A DNA stretch of 64,000 nucleotides from NCBI GenBank assembly GCA_003427395.1, contig BFEA01000029.1, positions 1,361,617 to 1,425,616 of the forward strand. Reading direction: 5' to 3'. This DNA is from Chara braunii. Lineage: Eukaryota; Plantae; Charophyceae. The notes beneath the pieces were generated by a model. That model was not told where the DNA came from. It made no database searches and was given only the letters and a program-made list of their open reading frames with translations. This document shows positions 10,645 through 23,899 of this stretch, one piece after another. Every line of letters begins with the position of its first letter. The first letter of the stretch is position 1. Made by a program: the position numbers and the translations under genes.

Positions 10645-13600
10645 TTAAAAAGGCTTCCCTTAAAAAGACTTCCCTGCTGTTCCGGGGATTCAAACCACCA
10701 GTAACATGGAATATGGAGGTTAACACAGTGGTGCAAAAAAGTGTAGCTTCCGGGAAGTGGACGGCCCTCCGTCTTGACCCGAGTGAAGACCGAGGGGCAA
10801 CTTTCAGACCAGATGCAGCAATAATGACTAGGCACTTCATTTGGGTGAAAGAGTCCATGGCTTCGGCGGACCTGGACACCGGACCGATCCGCACCCAGAC
10901 AACCAGTCGGTCCGGATTTCCGGACCAGTCGGTAGGGAGGGTTCGGGTGAAGACAGTAGGGAGGGAGCAATGCTTCAGATGCTTTATGCACTACTTCGGT
11001 ACTGATGTCAGTGATGATATTTGACTGGTCAGTCTATCCAGTCCTCAGCTACTGACGCAGTTACTGCCACTTCTTTTTTTTTTCTTTTCTTGTTTCGGTT
11101 ACTGCCGCTTCATCCAGCTTTTGTTTTCTTTTCAATGATGCGCAGACACGTGTGCCATCCAGCAGAAGCCTTGGGTGACGCGTGGTAGAGCTATAGATGA
11201 GGCTGTTCATTGTTGCAGGGCCAAACAGGAGGTGGCAGCTTTTTTCCAGTTAAATTTCTTAGCTGTGTCTTTCTTCCTACGCTATTTGGGGTGCTTGCTT
11301 CAAAACCATCATGCTAGGCTCTTTGGTTAGGGGCACCTTCCTAAAAAGAAAGGCCTAGACATTCAACCATGGTGCCAGTATCCATATGTTAGGCTTCTTT
11401 GAGGTTGAGAGGTTCTCTTTGGTCGTTTTCTGTTCTTTTCTTCATTTCCATACCCCCCCCCCCCTCTTATGTTTAAGCATTACTGGGTCCTTGTTGTTGG
11501 GGCTATGGCGAAGCTGTCTAGCTTAAAAACAGAGTAAATTGCGAAAATAACAAAGTAAATGTCAATGCCTTTCCTGGCCTGCAAGCTACTGTCTTCACCC
11601 AAAAATAACGCCTGGGTGTCGGATACGAAAAGCCCAGGGGCTGTATTTAGTAAATTGTAGCAACTTTGATGAGGCCCCACAATTTTGAGAACGATAAAAA
11701 AATGTGTTTTATACAAACGTTTTGTTTCTCCATGTCTGATTGGCCAGACAGTGGATGTCTTGATTTTGTTAAAACGAATGCCCCATGCGGCAAGGATCAT
11801 GTCCTTCACGCGTTTCTTTCCTTGAAGTTTTTGACCTGTGTTGTTGCTATCTGGCAGCCTGATCCTCTTTCTTCATTGGGTGTGTAGGGGCACTTGAGCA
11901 TCGATAGGCTAGGAAAGGAGGCAACGGATTCTTGTTCAATATGAAGCGATCCAAAAGGTTAATGTTTGTGTGGGCCCATATGACTGTTTTGTAATGAGCC
12001 CAGAACTCGTCAATGTCGAAGTACAAGATGTCTCAGCGCAACTCAATGTCTCCAATAATCATGAATGTGATCCAAAGTACAATGTCTCGTAACCAAGGGA
12101 CGAAGCTGATAGGAGGGAGATAAGACTTAAGAGGGTGGAAGAGAAAGTATCTATCAATGTCATTGAAAATAGATCTCCGTCCCACTCCTCCGTCGGGCAT
12201 CTCCCCTGTCCACGTCAGCGTACAGTATCCCAAAGTCGAGCCTGGCGAGAACCGATCACAACGTAGTGCCACGTAAGCGCATATCTCCCATGAAGATGTC
12301 ACAGCAGTGTGCAATGTTGACAGCAATAATCAGGTAAGCTTCCCTCTCACTCACAACCAATCTCACAGCCCTGATCTCCCTCCTTGTCGATACCCCAATC
12401 TGAGTCTAAGACAATGTGGCTAGCGCCACGTCAGCAATCAAGATCCCATCTGGCTCCAAGAACAGAGGTGCCAGCAACAGAATGCAGCAGTCTTGCGTTG
12501 TCCTTGCACACAATGCCAGCGTCAAGCCAGCGTCGAGCAGCAAGTGCAAGACTGAATGTCAATGACCAGGGTCTGGGTCAATATGTAGTGTTGACGCAGA
12601 TTGACCAGCCTCTGGTCTCTCCGATAGGAGGGCTCAGATTGACCCGTAGTCAATGGCCTGGATCACATACAGTTGCAGACTTCCACGTGGCCTGGATTCT
12701 GCCCGGATACCTGCGTACAGCCAAATGTGTGTCTGATCGGTGGCCTGGACCGGGTCTGTGTGGACTTTGACTCGTGAGCCTCAAGTTCCGAGCGACAGTT
12801 GACTATCGACCTTCTTTGGTCAACTGTTAATGAGGCCTTGTTCGGGTACGGATACGGTCTGGCACGGGGCCTTGCTGTGGCGCCCTGGCTGATAACCATG
12901 GCATATTTTGAGTGGGTTATAGTTTTCCTGTTCTTAGACATGTGAAAAGGGTCATGTTTAAGGATTTTTCCTTTTTCTTTGTTTGGGATAAATCAATAAC
13001 TTTGTACTCTAACAAAATCCCTGTGGGCGAATGGTACACAAGTGTACATAACAAAGGCAATAGATTGAGTTTGAATTCTAGTGACACTGAAATCGGCAGC
13101 TGGCCCCCTGTATTTGGTAATTGGTTGTTTGGGGAGGTTGGTCCCACCAGACCGTGGTTCCAGTGGAACCAGATTGTCCCTTTTTTTTCCTTTTCCCTCC
13201 TGTCTAGCTCGGGTCTAAAAAGGACAGTGGCTTCACATTTCCGGTTAAAAACAACCAGTACCTTTCCCATATATCGGCCGCGGGAAAAAAAATAGAGTAG
13301 AAGCGTTTCTAGTCGGATGAATTTGGGTGCTTGCTTGTTTTCTGTTTTGGTTCTGTGCTGCACATGCCGATGTTTGCACAGTCACAGGTCTGGGGGCCTT
13401 TATTGGAGTGATCATTTTTTTTTACATTCAAGTCATCATTACACTGTGGGCCTGCACATTTAATGAGTGGTAGTTATGTTGTTGTGTTTATAATGACTCT
13501 ACGGATAAAGCCTGTCTTTATCGGAATGACCGCCCTTTCTTCAAGACTCTTTTGACAACTTCCTGCAGCGCTGCCGAGGTTGGGATCTCTTGGTCGACAG

Positions 13601-14112
13601 GCTGTGTGAGAGTGCGCAAAGATTTAAATAATGTGAATCTAGCGCTATATATGGAATACACGTACCCTGAGCTAAAGTGTATATCTTGTCAAGTCCGCAG
13701 ATTGCCATCCCAAACCACCAGCGAAACTTGCAGGCCGCAAACCAGACCCCTCGATCATGGCGTTGTGGGGTCCAGTCTATGATCCTTCCCCTCGATGAAA
13801 CCTCCTGTTGACACCCACATGTGCCCCCTCTGTTGTTTTTGGTATTGCGGGTGCGCATTTAGAGTATGTAAGAGGCTTTTCTTTCTATGTTAAGTCCATG
13901 ACAAAAGTTCCTAGGAGGAGGGGCAAAACATTTCTTCCAAATTCTGGATTCTCTCCTGTGCTCCCATGTGAAGGGACAGAACGAAAGAGGTGGAAGAAGG
14001 GGCGTATGAGTCTCCTGACCATGTGTAGGACGGGGCCCTAATTTCAAAATAAGCCAATTAATTTTGTCAGAAAATCACACCTTATCCTGTTGACCCCATA
14101 TAGAGAACTTAA

Positions 14113-14254
14113 ACCACCAGTACTACCTAAAGTCATGCCTGTTGACAAGCCACGTTATGTACGGGTCACTATAGGAGCGCCCAAATCCATCTGACTGCAA
14201 ACGTTTGTACTCTATTTTTTTCTGCGGCTGATAGCTGGGCCAAGTACTGGTCGT
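14113..14254. mobile_element. TTAA-flanked MITE
   Basis: TTAA|ACCACCAGTACT ... GATAGCTGGGCCAAGTACTGGTCGT|TCAA. Confidence 0.8.
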
Positions 14255-15392
14255 TCAAAACGTGCCTTCTCCATTCCTGAAAAGCCGTTAAAGACCCAAG
14301 AGTTGGAGAGTGAAGTTGGCAAAATGGGTGGGTGGGTTGGTGGGTGGGTGGGTGGGGATTCTGTCTTTTTTTCTTTTTCTTTTTTCCTTTTGAAACCACT
14401 GGGCTTCCGTGTGCGGAAAGATCCCAATCCCTTATCCACGCTTGATTTTTAGGTGCAGGCCTGCCTACATGAAACAAAATCCCAGCACTTCTCTTTGCTC
14501 GAAATCTGCTGTTGCAACGAATCAGGTGATCTTCACAGGTCTTTATTTGTTTTCCCCTGCCGAGCCTGCTCCTTGATATTTGACGGAAATCTAGCGGATT
14601 AGTTCATTTCGGTAGGCTGCGTATCTGTTGGCCAGCGGGGACATCTGTTTGTCAATCTGAATGTTGCATCTCATGTCCAATCCTGTCCAATGGCGAGTTT
14701 CATCCTTCTGCTTCCCTTTCAGGAAAGTCCTATAATAATGTCGTTTTTAGCTCCGTAGCTTGGTCCCACTATACAGAACAAGAACAGCAAAAAGAAAGAG
14801 CAATAGAAGAGCTGAATGCCTGGTAGCCATGGCTCCACAGAGCAATAGAAAAGCCGAATACCTGGTAGCCATGGCTGGAGCCATCACTATAAAAGCACAT
14901 AAGAATTTGATGAGCTGACACCTGAAACTTAAATCTGCTGTGGAACAAACCTTCCACAGTAGTGGAATTCGACTCTGTGCCTCGGTAGGGTTGGCAACTG
15001 GCACCTGCTGGATTCGGGGGGAGAATCTTCGTGTCTGTATCACCATTTTTTTTTTTTTTTTTTTTTTTTCCTGTCTGTGTTTCACTGTTTGTTTTGGTCT
15101 CTCTACTATCCACTGGTCACTGCCTACACACGTAGCAATGTCCTGCATCTCTGGTGAGGTTTCTTCAAATGCCATTGCCTTGCTTGAAGGTTTCTTGAGC
15201 ACCCTCTACTGTGTTCCATGGAACATAACACACCCTGATTAGGATTTTGGTACAAGCTATTTTTTGGTTCCTATCAAGTGCGATGCAGCCGTGATGGTGG
15301 TGTGTTGTGCTTGGGGAATAGGGTAATTGGACCAGGCTCTGGGCTTTTGGTTTGTTGTTGGGTGTTGCCATATCCAGCTGGTTATGAAAATG

Positions 15393-15434
<42 letters not shown>

Positions 15435-15869
15435 CGTGGTGGTTTTGGGGAGGGGGAGGGTCTGTTTGTGGGCAGACATGCCGCATGTGTGGTGAAGCCC
15501 TTTGTCTGAGGTGCAGTTGTCAGTTGTCAAATTTTCTATTTATGCTTCCCCACATGGGTCTACTAGGCCCAGCTGGGGTCTGGCATGGCAGTAGCTTCTG
15601 AGGGGTTCAGATTTCCACCTTGACACAAAGACCAGCCATTTGTGAGTGGGCAATTTGGCTTTCAATTGGTGGCAACCATACCTAAGTGGCACAGTGAAGG
15701 GAGAGCTCAAAAGAAGAAATGAAAAAAGAAGTATAAAAAGCCAAAAGAAAGAAAGGGTGAAAAAAATGGTTTCAGTGTGCCTCATGCTGTCTGCAGTTTT
15801 CTCCATTTGTTCTGGAGTATGCTAGTTTAATTGATAGACATGCCAGAGTACATTACTACATTTATTTGC

Positions 15870-18800
15870 TAGTTTGTGGTGCTCTGAAACCACCAGGCAG
15901 CCTTGAGAATCGCAAATGCGCGAACAGCGAGACAGGACCAAAAGGGCTGGCGGTACCAGTCAACAGGAATGAAAGGCTGTGCTAGCATTTTGGCAAAGTT
16001 TGGCGTGCGCACCAAGTTCAAAATGAACAGACATGGAACTTCTTCCATTTCTTTCTGGCCGGTGCTGCCAGGGGAAGAAGTCTGGGAGGCTGAGCCCTTG
16101 AAGACAACTTCGTTCTGCCTCCCAGGGCCAACAGTTTGCCTGGGAATGGTAGAGGTGGTTGGCAGCCTCTTTTTCCCGTTGCCAACACCTGACCGCGTTC
16201 TGCCCAATGGACTACCGTCCTCCAAGAAGAGGGCTGGGAAATCTGCTTTTGAAGCTTGGTGCATCCTACCTGGGTTGCAGTAAAAGGAAAAATGGCACGG
16301 CATGGGCTCTGGCAGGCTTTTATGTAGGCCATTTTCTTGTGTCGGTTGGTGTGTGAGTGGATATGGGCAAAAAAAAAGAGGCTGTGCAGCAAGCATTATA
16401 AGGCTGGTAGGCCTTGGGTGAAGTTGGGTCCTGGATCTGAGGTGAAAGGGGAGCATGTTGTGAATTCTGCCTGGAACGGCAGGTCTCGCGGACTGCAGAA
16501 CTTTTCGGTACATAGGATGTGCCGCCCGGTGAAGGGACAAGTCAGGTTTGGGTTCATCAGGACACTCTAGGACGTAGGTGGTTGTTGTGCTGCAGTAGGG
16601 CAACCGCTAGGACTGCTGAACTATTCGGGAGGTAGTATATGCCACCCAGAAAAAAGGGGCGGACGTCTGTAGATAAGTCAGGTTTGGGTTCATCAAGACA
16701 CACTAGGACGCAGGTAAATTTTTGTGCTGCAGATGCGATGGATCAAGACTTGTCTTGGAGGAAGGGGTGATACTGTGCAGTTATAGCGCCATAGCCCTGG
16801 GTGCTGGTGAAGAACGCAGGCGCTGTAGGTGAAGCGCAAATTGTATAGTAAGGGTGGTGGTAGAGGAGGGGTGGTCCTGGGGCGGTGAGAAAAGCCGTGA
16901 GGACGGTTGGTGGGCATGTACCTCGTGGTTGGCATGGAGAGCTGGAGTGCGACACTGTGCAGTTATAGTGCCATAGCCCTGGGTGCTGGTGAACAGCGCA
17001 GGTGCCATAGGTGCAGAGGTGCGTTGTATGGTACAGGTGGTGGTAGGGGAGGGGGGTGGTCCGTGGGCAGTGAGAAAAGCCGTGAGGAGGGTTGGTGGGC
17101 ACGTACCTGGTGCTTGGCATGGAGAGCTCGAGTGTGACCAAACTTCAAATGGTCACTTGAAGAAGTGGGACAGTGGTTGGTGGTATGGTGGTTGAGGTAG
17201 GTAGGGTCCTGGGGCGGTGAGAAAAGCTGTGAGGACGGTTGGCTGGCACGTACCTGGTGGTTGCCATGGAGAGCTTGAGTGCGACACTGTGCAGTTATAG
17301 TGCCATAGCCCTGGGTGCTGGTGAACAGCACATGCGCCATAGGTGAAGAGGTGCGTTGTATAGTACAGGTGGCGGTAGGGGAGGGGGGTGGTTCTTGGGC
17401 GGTGAGAAAAGCCGTGAGGAGGGTTGGTGGGCACTTGCCTGGTGCTTGGCATGGAGAGCTTGAGTGCGACCAAACACTTCAAATGGTCATTTGAAGAAGT
17501 GGGAGGTTGGTGGTATGGTGGTATGGTGGATGGGTTGGGTAGGCTACTATGTTGGGAATTATGTTGTTGCATGAATCGAATGAAGTGATTTCAGAATCAT
17601 GGAGAGCTTGAGTGTGACCAAACACTTCAAATGGTCATTTGAAGAAGTGGGACAGAGGTTGGTGGTATGGTGGATGAGTTAGGTAGGCTACTCTGTTGGG
17701 AATTATGTTGTTGTATGAATCAAATGAAGTGATTTCAGAATCTGGAATTGCTACTCCGTTCCTGTATTGGTTGCATGGAGGTGAGAAGAGGGGTCTCACA
17801 ATCAAGAGAGTGGGTAAGTAATCACGTAGTCATAGTACGCCATACAGCCAAATCAATTCAAAATTGACTGAATTGATCTGAGGCCCGACCGAATGATGTA
17901 CTAATGATTAACTATGGCCTAGCTTACTGAAAGTAACTGCTGGTTGAGGAGCACAGTTTTCTTTCCTTCTGTAGGCCATTGTGATGTGCCCTTAGTTTTG
18001 CCTACTCGCACATGCGGGATCAGTTGAATTGAGTTCTCACAGGCAGGTTCCTTGCGATTTGGTATTGCAGAGTGGTTTCTTTGCCAGGTCACCATCCTGG
18101 TCGGCGAGATATCATCTGAGCTGTCAGCAACAAGATTGACTGGCAGTGTATTGATTTCTTGCCAGTTGGACAAGTCATCTGCTGGGTTGGGAGTGGATGG
18201 GCAGAGGGGTGAAGGGAGGATAGGCGGGTGGTGAGTGTCTTTTCATTGGTGAATTGGCTTGTAGTTTCTCAGCGTGGATTGATCATCAAGTGATAGTATA
18301 AGCAAGCAACAGTAGGTCGGGTGTGTTGGGCTGGTTCAGCTGCCAAAGGATTCTTAAAACCACTAGTACCTTTCCCTGCTTGAAAAACAAATATGCAGCT
18401 GTATAAGGGTGCAACTTGGGGTCATTGGGGTAGCGAACCAAAATGGCTGGTGGCGTCAGCCAAAATGTGGCCGCCGACCGTTCGTCTTTTTTTTTGGGTG
18501 CGTAGGGCATTTTCAGGCTTGGCTTCAATAGCTGGGTGAGCCACTGTGAGGAAGAGCGTTTTGCTGGAGGGCCCTGGTGATGAGGCGGAGCACATGCTGT
18601 GGTGCTTGCTCACCCGTGGATTGCAGAATATCTTAAGCTTCTCCTTGTTCTTAGAAGGGCATCTTTGGGGTGACCGCTTGTTTGTGTTGCGATGTTAAAT
18701 TATTCTTGATTTGGACTCGTCAAGTCCTGGAACATTATAGTACAAACGGTGTGTGTAGAAATCTATAGAAGAGTTACGATAATCCAAGCAGCTCGTGACT

Positions 18801-19020
18801 AAGCAAGAAAATGAGCATAGAGGAATGCCCTCGATCTGGGTTGGCAATGTGGTGTGGGTTTAGTTGTCCGAATTTGCACCGGTGGAAAAGATCTCACGGG
18901 AGTCGATGCTGCAGTGTTGCAGCCCACTGAACAGTTATTGACATTGTAGGTGATGATCCTACTGGTCCGTCCTTTGTGATTGATGTGCCTCATCGTGTTC
19001 CCACTTACCTGATCTTTCAT
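15870..19020 (-). mobile_element. Decayed LINE ORF2 remnant (APE endonuclease + RT N-terminus)
   Basis: Colinear degenerate motifs on -: RIITYNVNN (~18950), VNLVADSS (GDFN-like, ~18125), YYDYVIT (~17830), SSPGSTG (KSPGPDG-like, ~16070) and IPVDW. The frame is broken. Confidence 0.5.
16772..17742. repeat. Complex tandem repeat (~182-bp units plus ~135-bp modules)
   Basis: ACTGTGCAGTTATAGYGCCATAGCCCTGGGTGCTGGTGAA at 16772, 16954 and 17286. ACTTCAAATGGTCA occurs three times. Confidence 0.9.
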
Positions 19021-19920
19021 GCATCCAAACTGTCACCTTTTCAGCAAGCGGTCAATTTCCCTCGCAAAGATCACCACTGTCACCTCCCCCGGGTTCCTAT
19101 CAAGAGCATGGGTATATGCTGGTGCCTAAGCCAAAGGGTAGACCATAGCCACAAATGGAGTTCGGAGTTTGGTTCCGACCTCATGGGGACCCAAATGAAG
19201 GTAGGTGGTTCACAAGAGAGGAGTTGATGAAGTCCCCTGACCTCAAGTGGTCAGAAGCTATGAGAGAGCACTGAAAAGAAAGCAATGGCAAGGTTGAGGG
19301 TGTTGCAAAGTAGCGTGAATCCAAGGAGGTGGGACCGTGAGGCCGCTGGGCTGCACGGTAGACAGTATATGAGCAGTAGGCCCCGGGTCTTGGGTCCGAG
19401 GGAGTAGCGTGCGGTAAGCCCAGATGGGAGGCCCTAGTAATTCTGCTTGGACCTGGTAGGTTGGGCTGACTCTGGCACTTTTGGGTGGGCATTACCTACC
19501 GGCCAAAGAACGGCCCAACCTTTGTATATAAGTCGAGGCTGGGTCAGTCAGGACATGTTTGGATGCAGGCATTGCAATTCTCCGGTAGCACCAAGTCAAC
19601 ATACTGTTCTAGGGACGATTGATGCCATGCCCACTGTAGCTGTGGGCACTGGCGGAGAAGCGAGGTGCCATAGGTGAAGGGGCGCCTTGTACATTAAGGT
19701 GGCAGTATAGCAGGGTGATCATTGAGGCTGGTGGTGAGGCTGGTGGTGAGGCTGGTGGTGCGGAAGGTTGAGGAGCATTTAGCTGGTTATTTTTACCTGG
19801 TGGTCGGTTGCCAGGGAGAGCTCCTCGTGGTCAGACTATGTAACCTGTCATTGGCAGAAGCTGGAAAGGGCTCGTTGGCATGGTGGATTAAGTGGATAAG
19901 GTAGAGTAGGCAGTAGTATA

Positions 19921-20000
19921 GGTAGTCGTCGTGCGAGAGTCGAGAAAGGTAGTCGTCGTGCGAGAGTCGAGAAAGGTAGTCGTCGTGCGAGAGTCGGGAA
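19921..20000. repeat. 27-bp minisatellite x3
   Basis: GGTAGTCGTCGTGCGAGAGTCGAGAAA at 19921, 19948 and 19975. Confidence 0.95.
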
Positions 20001-21189
20001 GTCTCTTGTTGTATTGATTGGGTGGAGGCAAGAAGAGGGCTTTCATAATCAAGAGACTTCGGTGTTGTGCGTTCTTGTCCTCCTGAGTGGTGCTCAAAGT
20101 TTGGTCTGCTCATGCATGCTGATCAGTGAGTTCTTGTTGGAGAGGAGTTTATTTCTCAAAGGCAGGTTGCTCGCGAAACACCCTAGAGGGAAACATCGTA
20201 TCTATGTAGTTTGATGTGTTGATTTTTGTTTGGAAAATGAAATATGAAAGCACCCTATCGGTGGGTTCTAAGAGAATGCCCTAACCTTCAGAGAAGCCCT
20301 ATCAGGTGAAAACTCCCTATCTTTTTCTTTCTTGTAACGACAATCTGGATCCCTTCTGTTGGTTGGTATGTTGTTTCTTCTATTTACCCTCTCTTTTTTC
20401 TCTTTTTTGATGTTTTCATAAGTCTTGCTATGGTCTGTTTGTGGGGAGCATGGTCTGCTGGAATGTGGGTCCATCATCCTAGGTCGTTTTTCTTTATCTG
20501 AGTCTTCTTGCCATTATGGCTGGAAGAACCGTTCATTTGTCGAGGACCGTCAGTTGACCGGGTGTGTGTGTCATGTGTTTCCAATGTGGCCGGTGTCCCA
20601 TTAAACCAGCAGTATGTTTTGCGATTCTTTTCTTCAGATGCGCCGCTCTACCCATTACAAAATAGTTGGTGGGTCCTACCAGGTACAATTGCTGGTAGCT
20701 CGACAATTTTGTGGCCGCTCTGCTTCTGACGGACTCGGTGCGTGGCTGAAATCCGTATTGGAAAAGGGAGGCCCAGATGGATGGTGGCTTAGAGGAGTAC
20801 AAACAACTGTTGCACAGAGTGAAAGTTGGTGTGGGCAGACTGGAGCCTTTTGGCAGAAATCTGTAACCGTGCTCCTTTCTTCTGTGCTTCTCAGATCAAT
20901 TGTTCGTAATTATGTTGTTTGCCCTTGTTTGTGCAAACTGCTCGATCTGCCTGTCTTCTGTTCCAGAAGCCCTGTTTGCTTGTAGTACCAGTAATGCATG
21001 ATATTAAAAACCATACTTCCGGCGCATTGATGTGCGGCGCAGTGCACGTCTGGCACACCTCGAGCACCGCACCTGATGCGGCGGAACAAAAAAAGGAAAC
21101 AAACCCCCCCCAAAAAAGTGCAAGGGTCATGGAACAGCCTGCCCTGAGGTGAACACCTTGCCCTTCTCTCTGTCTCTCTCTCACACACA

Positions 21190-21247
<58 letters not shown>

Positions 21248-21636
21248 TGCACACACGACCACTCACTCTCTCTCTCTCGCTCTCTCTCTCACACACACAC
21301 ACACAGGCAGGACCTCTCTCTCTCTCTCACACACACATGCACGCATGACTTTCTTTCTTTTTCATTTTCTTCTTTTTTTTTTTTGTTTTCGCGCATGTGT
21401 ACATGCACCACTCTCTTGCGCATGGCGCACAGCGGCCCGCACCGCACTGCACACTGTAGCAGTGCACCGTAACTTTGTTAAAACCCCCTTATTTTGCAAA
21501 TTGCGCACTACTAACAGTCAGTTGCCAGCGTAGCTGCACTGGCCACACCCATCTCATGGATTTTTATTACACATGTCAAATGTCAGTTTTTGTAATCGGA
21601 AAACGTCTGTTCTGGTTCTTTGGTTCTTTGTTGCAG

Positions 21637-21781
21637 GGGAGCTGGAGAAGATGGCCAGCTAGGTCTTGGAAATACATTGGACCAGCATTGGCCAAAGGAA
21701 GTGCAAAGTCTTACTGGTTTGGAAATTTCTCAGCTCGTGTCAGGGAGCCGGAATTCGCTTGCAGTCTGTGGAGATGGATCG
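21637..21781 (+). CDS. RCC1-family gene exon 2 (GAGEDGQLGLG...SGSRNSLAVCGDGS)
   Basis: ttgcag| ... |gtaagg; RCC1 repeat consensus. Confidence 0.93.
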
Positions 21782-22229
21782 GTAAGGCCCGAGTCACCCC
21801 CTCTCATTACCCAATTCATTTGAATTCGAATTTGTGCATAAATCCGTGTGTGGAAAGTTATGGAGCATGATTCTCCTGCGGTTTCACTATAGCCTCCAGT
21901 GCTCTTCCTTCGTCCCTTGGGCATTCTATTTACGACTTTCATTTACAATTAATGCTGTTGCTGAGTTACGTTTCTGTTGATGCCACAACCGGATCTGGTG
22001 AGGCTTCTCAAGCTATATGGATGATGGGCACCTGACCTGGCTGCAAGCACGTGAATGGGAAGTTTGTTCCATGCGGATTGTGGTTCGAGGAAGAAAAGAC
22101 TGAAGGATTGTCATGGAATGCAACTGTGAACATTTTGAAAGAGGAAACAACTGTAAACTTTGGCTCAAACCACGGGAATGCTATCGCGATGCTCATGGTC
22201 GTCCGGTCTTTTCTGTCTATGACACACAG

Positions 22230-22307
22230 GTTCTCGCATGGGGTTGGAATCAGAGGGGGACTCTTGGACATCCTCCATCTGTCAAGTGTGAGAGCACACC
22301 CTCCAAG
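22230..22307 (+). CDS. RCC1-family gene exon 3 (VLAWGWNQRGTLGHPPSVKCESTPSK)
   Basis: cag| ... |gtcagt, phase 0/0. Confidence 0.93.
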
Positions 22308-22625
22308 GTCAGTAGAAAATATCGGTCCCTCGTCTACTTCGTTGAGGGCTGCGAGTATTGTTGCATGCTCAGTACAGCTGCCTCCCATGTGCTTTCTGTC
22401 TTGCCGACTGTTTAGATTCTTGGCATGGTTCCTGCGTACTTGTAGCATCGTCACACGTATGCTGTTGTCATTGTATCCATCAGCAGACAGATCTTGTTGC
22501 ACTCGTCCTGTCGTGTCAGAGATCGATTGTTTAGGTTGTTCAAGTAAAAGTCGGGGAGCGAAACATGCGTGTAATGCTCAGGGAGGCAAGCCAACACCAT
22601 TGTAGCAATTCTCCGAGTCTTCTCT

Positions 22626-22664
<39 letters not shown>

Positions 22665-23068
22665 CTCCGGTACTTGGTGCTGGTCGGGCTTGGGCCTATT
22701 GGCGGACTGAGTACTTGTGCTCTAATATTTTCCAGCGCGGCTTGCGGAGGTTGTTCGAGTAAAGGTTGTGGAGTGAAACATGGGTTTAATACTTAGGGAG
22801 GCAAGCGCCAACATCGTCGTAGCAACCCTCTGGAGTCCTCTCAGTGTGTTCTTTTTTTCCAATCCTTGTTGGTGCTGGTCGACATCCGGCCTATTGGTGA
22901 ACTGAGTACTTGTGGTAATCATTTTCCAGTGGGACATGATGCTGAAATTGGCGATTTTGGGCTATTTAGGCTACTTTGGGCCTACTGTAGGCTAATTGCG
23001 TGTGCTGGGGCAATGCCTGACTGTAGTGCGTGTACTATGTGGGTGATGATTGCGGTTTGTATTGGCAG

Positions 23069-23095
23069 GTGAAGGATCTGTCGGGCATTGTGCAG
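23069..23095 (+). CDS. RCC1-family gene exon 4, 27-nt micro-exon (VKDLSGIVQ)
   Basis: ggcag|GTG...CAG|gtgagg. It supplies the VKSL..IVQ segment expected before AAIGGWH. Confidence 0.85.
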
Positions 23096-23268
23096 GTGAG
23101 GGCAGCTCTCTTCTCCCTTAGATAGATGAAAGGCTGAAAGGTTCTCAACTTCTCAGCGCATGCCCACACACTAGCACTTTTTTACTCGTTTCTGGATGGA
23201 ATGTTGGCCACATGCATACAGGTCTGGGTGTAAATGTGGTCAGATACATTTAAGATAGTGCTAGTTGT

Positions 23269-23367
23269 GTCCTTCGGGGACATCCGTTAAAATTGGAACC
23301 GTACAGAGAAGATTAGCATGGCCTCTGCGCAAGGATGACATGCATAAATCGAGATATGGTCCAAATT
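23269..23367 (+). pseudogene. U6: Near full-length U6 snRNA retrocopy with A-rich tail and TSD
   Basis: GTCCTTCGGGGACATCCGTTAAAATTGGAACCGTACAGAGAAGATTAGCATGG...GGTCCAAATT, tail 23368-23397, TSD AAGATAGTGCTA at 23252 and 23398. Confidence 0.95.
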
Positions 23368-23409
23368 ATATTAAGAAAATTAAAAAGAAAAGAAAAGAAG
23401 ATAGTGCTA

Positions 23410-23899
23410 CTGTCTTCACCGGAAAATAACGCCCGGGCGTCATAATGAGTAAATTGGTGGCAACTTCGGTGGGCCCCTGAAATTCCGGGAAACAAAAATT
23501 CAAAAAATTCTGTTAAAAAAAATGTTGTTCAGGCTGAGGGTCACTACAGAATTCCTTACAGACTCGGAAAAAGAAAAAGAAAAAATTCAAACCGAAATAT
23601 GCCACTTGAAGTCGAAACCCCTTTCAACCCCCTTTAAAACCCATGCATATCCCCACCCTGCCCTTTCAAACCCTGCATATCCCCACCCCGCCCTTTCAAA
23701 CCCATGTCTATTACCTCTACAAGGCACTCTGCGCATGGAACATTCAAATATAACGCCCGGGCATTCTATTCGAATATAACGCCCGACCCTTCTATTTGAA
23801 GGGGCGTTCTATTTGAGAAAAAGAGATTAAAAATGCAAATCTGATCTTTTTCGGGGAAGTTGAATATATCGCCCGGCCGCTATTTTTGGTTGAAGATGG
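23410..23899. mobile_element. 490-bp pogo-like non-autonomous element, TA TSD
   Basis: TA|CTGTCTTCACCGGAAAATAACGCCCGGGCG ... CGCCCGGCCGCTATTTTTGGTTGAAGATGG|TA. Confidence 0.85.

Noticed and set aside
23269-23367. Functional U6 gene
   Set aside because: It has an A-rich tail and TSD instead of a T-run terminator, no recognisable USE/TATA upstream, and substitutions in conserved positions.
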